Under the pieces are notes generated by a model. The model saw nothing but the letters and a program-made list of their open reading frames with translations, did no database searches and was not told where the DNA came from. The translations under genes and the position numbers were made by a program. From an uncultured Microthrixaceae bacterium (lineage in GTDB: Bacteria; Actinomycetota; Acidimicrobiia; Acidimicrobiales; VFJN01), in the NCBI GenBank assembly GCA_963717755.1, contig CAVQWY010000002.1, positions 826,013 through 890,012 on the forward strand: a DNA stretch of 64,000 nucleotides, given 5' to 3'. Position 1 is the stretch's first letter. Each line of letters starts with the position of its first letter. This document shows, piece by piece, positions 62,538 to 64,000 of the stretch.

Positions 62538-64000
62538 AGTCGCGCTGGTCACGGTGGCGCCGGGTCGGCCTGCGAGTCGACGACGGTGCTGACGAGAGCC
62601 TTGACGCATCCGTGCCGTTCGACGTCGCCGAGGACGATCAGCTGCTCCTGTACCTGCAGGAGCACCCCGGCACCGTCGCGGTGAGCGAGCTCGACCTCGA
62701 CTCGCCTGCGCTGGAGGCCATGCGCGCCGCTGGCATCGAGGTCGTCGTGCCGCTCGTCTCCCAAGGCGAGCTCATCGGCGTGCTCAACATGGGCCCGCGG
62801 CGCAGCGAGCGGCCGTACAGCCTCGACGACCGTCGCCTCCTCGACAACCTTGCCGGCAACGCGGCGGCGGCGATCCGAGTTGCTCACCTCGTGCGCAACC
62901 AGGAGCAGCAGGCCCGGGTCCACGAGCGGATCGACCAGGAGCTCAAGGTCGCCCAGCTCATCCAGCAGCAGTTCCTCCCGCAGGAGGCACCGGCGCCGGA
63001 CGGGTGGAGCGTCATCCCGCACTACCGGCCCGCCCGCGAGGTGGGTGGCGACTTCTACGACTTCATCCCGCTCCCGGAAGGGCGGATCGGGCTCGTCGTG
63101 GGCGACGTCACCGACAAGGGCGTGCCGGCCGCCATGGTCATGGCGACGACGCACAGCATCCTTCGCACCGACGCCCCCCGGCTCGTGGATCCCGGCGCCG
63201 TGCTGAGCCGGGCCAACGACCTGCTGTGCGCCGAGATGCCACCGAACATGTTCGTCACGTGCCTCTACGCCGTGCTCGACCCGGCCACCGGCCACCTCCG
63301 GTTCGCCAACGCCGGTCACAACCTCCCGTGCATCCACACCGCTGACGGCGTCGTGGAGCCCAGGGCGACCGGCATGCCGTTGGGCCTGCTCCCGGGGCTG
63401 ACGTACGACGAGCAGGAGGTCACGATCGAGCCGGGGAGCTTCGTGCTGCTCTACAGCGACGGGATCGTCGAAGCGCACAACCCCGAGCGAGACCTCTACG
63501 GGTTCCCGCGGATCCGCGCGCTGGTCGGGCGCACCGAGTCGGGCGACGAGCTGGTGCAAGCCGTGCTCGACGACCTCGAGAGCTTCACCCGTCCCGGCTG
63601 GGAGCAGGAAGACGACATCACGCTCGTGTCGATCTCGCGGGCGGCCTCCCACGCGACCGTGGGTGCGGCCAACGGCTCGCGGTCGCTGACCACGTTCGAG
63701 GTCGCCAGCGACATGGGCAACGAACGCATCGCCGCGGACCGGGTCGTGGAGGCCGTCGCATGCCTCGACCTCCCGCAACCCGTCGTCGACCGGCTCCGGA
63801 CGGTCGTCGCCGAAGCGACCATGAACGCGATCGAGCACGGCAACGAGTGCCGGTCGGAGGTGCCCGTCGGGCTCACGGTCAGCGCATCGGGGAGCACCCT
63901 CACGGTGCAGGTGGTGGACCAGGGAGGGGCCATCGACCTCCCGGAGGCGGAGACGCCGGACATCGAAGCCAAGCTCGCCGGCCTCCAGACACCCCGCGGG
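62534..64000 (+). CDS. Partial GAF + PP2C (SpoIIE/RsbU) phosphatase + HATPase_c (RsbW-like) protein; runs off window end
   Basis: Not in ORF track (no stop). GTGA overlap; VVPLVSQGELIGVL, AQLIQQQFLP, VGGDFYD, GDVTDKGVPAA, NAGH, YSDGIVEA, DDITL, EATMNAIEHGN, VVDQG. Confidence 0.9.
   Translation, partial: MKSRWSRWRRVGLRVDDGADESLDASVPFDVAEDDQLLLYLQEHPGTVAVSELDLDSPALEAMRAAGIEVVVPLVSQGELIGVLNMGPRRSERPYSLDDRRLLDNLAGNAAAAIRVAHLVRNQEQQARVHERIDQELKVAQLIQQQFLPQEAPAPDGWSVIPHYRPAREVGGDFYDFIPLPEGRIGLVVGDVTDKGVPAAMVMATTHSILRTDAPRLVDPGAVLSRANDLLCAEMPPNMFVTCLYAVLDPATGHLRFANAGHNLPCIHTADGVVEPRATGMPLGLLPGLTYDEQEVTIEPGSFVLLYSDGIVEAHNPERDLYGFPRIRALVGRTESGDELVQAVLDDLESFTRPGWEQEDDITLVSISRAASHATVGAANGSRSLTTFEVASDMGNERIAADRVVEAVACLDLPQPVVDRLRTVVAEATMNAIEHGNECRSEVPVGLTVSASGSTLTVQVVDQGGAIDLPEAETPDIEAKLAGLQTPRG

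Overview
A very GC-rich (about 70% by eye, not computed) bacterial chromosomal segment. Gene content (F420-dependent LLM oxidoreductases, PAC2 protein, class II DAHP synthase, BldD, FolP2-like protein, LytR_C protein, many leaderless TANNNT-N6-8-start genes) points to Actinomycetota, most plausibly Acidimicrobiia (inference). It is mostly core genome: sir-cysH, aroG, a sigma-70 factor, nadD-LCP-rsfS, tRNA-Ala(GGC), leuS, comEA-comEC-folP2-holA, rpsT, lepA, aapJQMP, photolyase, CIRCE-hrcA-dnaJ-rsmE, bldD, hemW, a Tad/Flp locus, mutM, ftsK and tldD/E, with small accessory patches. Many genes, including essential leuS, carry single-base frameshifts that are best read as uncorrected long-read or assembly indels, so several ORFs in the supplied track are chimeric. 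Strongest leads: (1) a signalling module at 54.8-64 kb, in which a SARP/STAND regulator sits between two operons sharing an identically spaced 40-bp promoter motif; one operon encodes a membrane sensor with a circularly permuted type-1 copper (cupredoxin) domain, followed by a split-GAF/PP2C/RsbW-like protein; (2) an Erm(37)-like methyltransferase whose start overlaps an RLR leader peptide at a CUU-C +1 shift-prone site; (3) a BldD homologue with an intact c-di-GMP motif; (4) an atypical sigma factor followed by a three-hairpin candidate sRNA. No CRISPR array, rRNA, integrase or transposase was seen.
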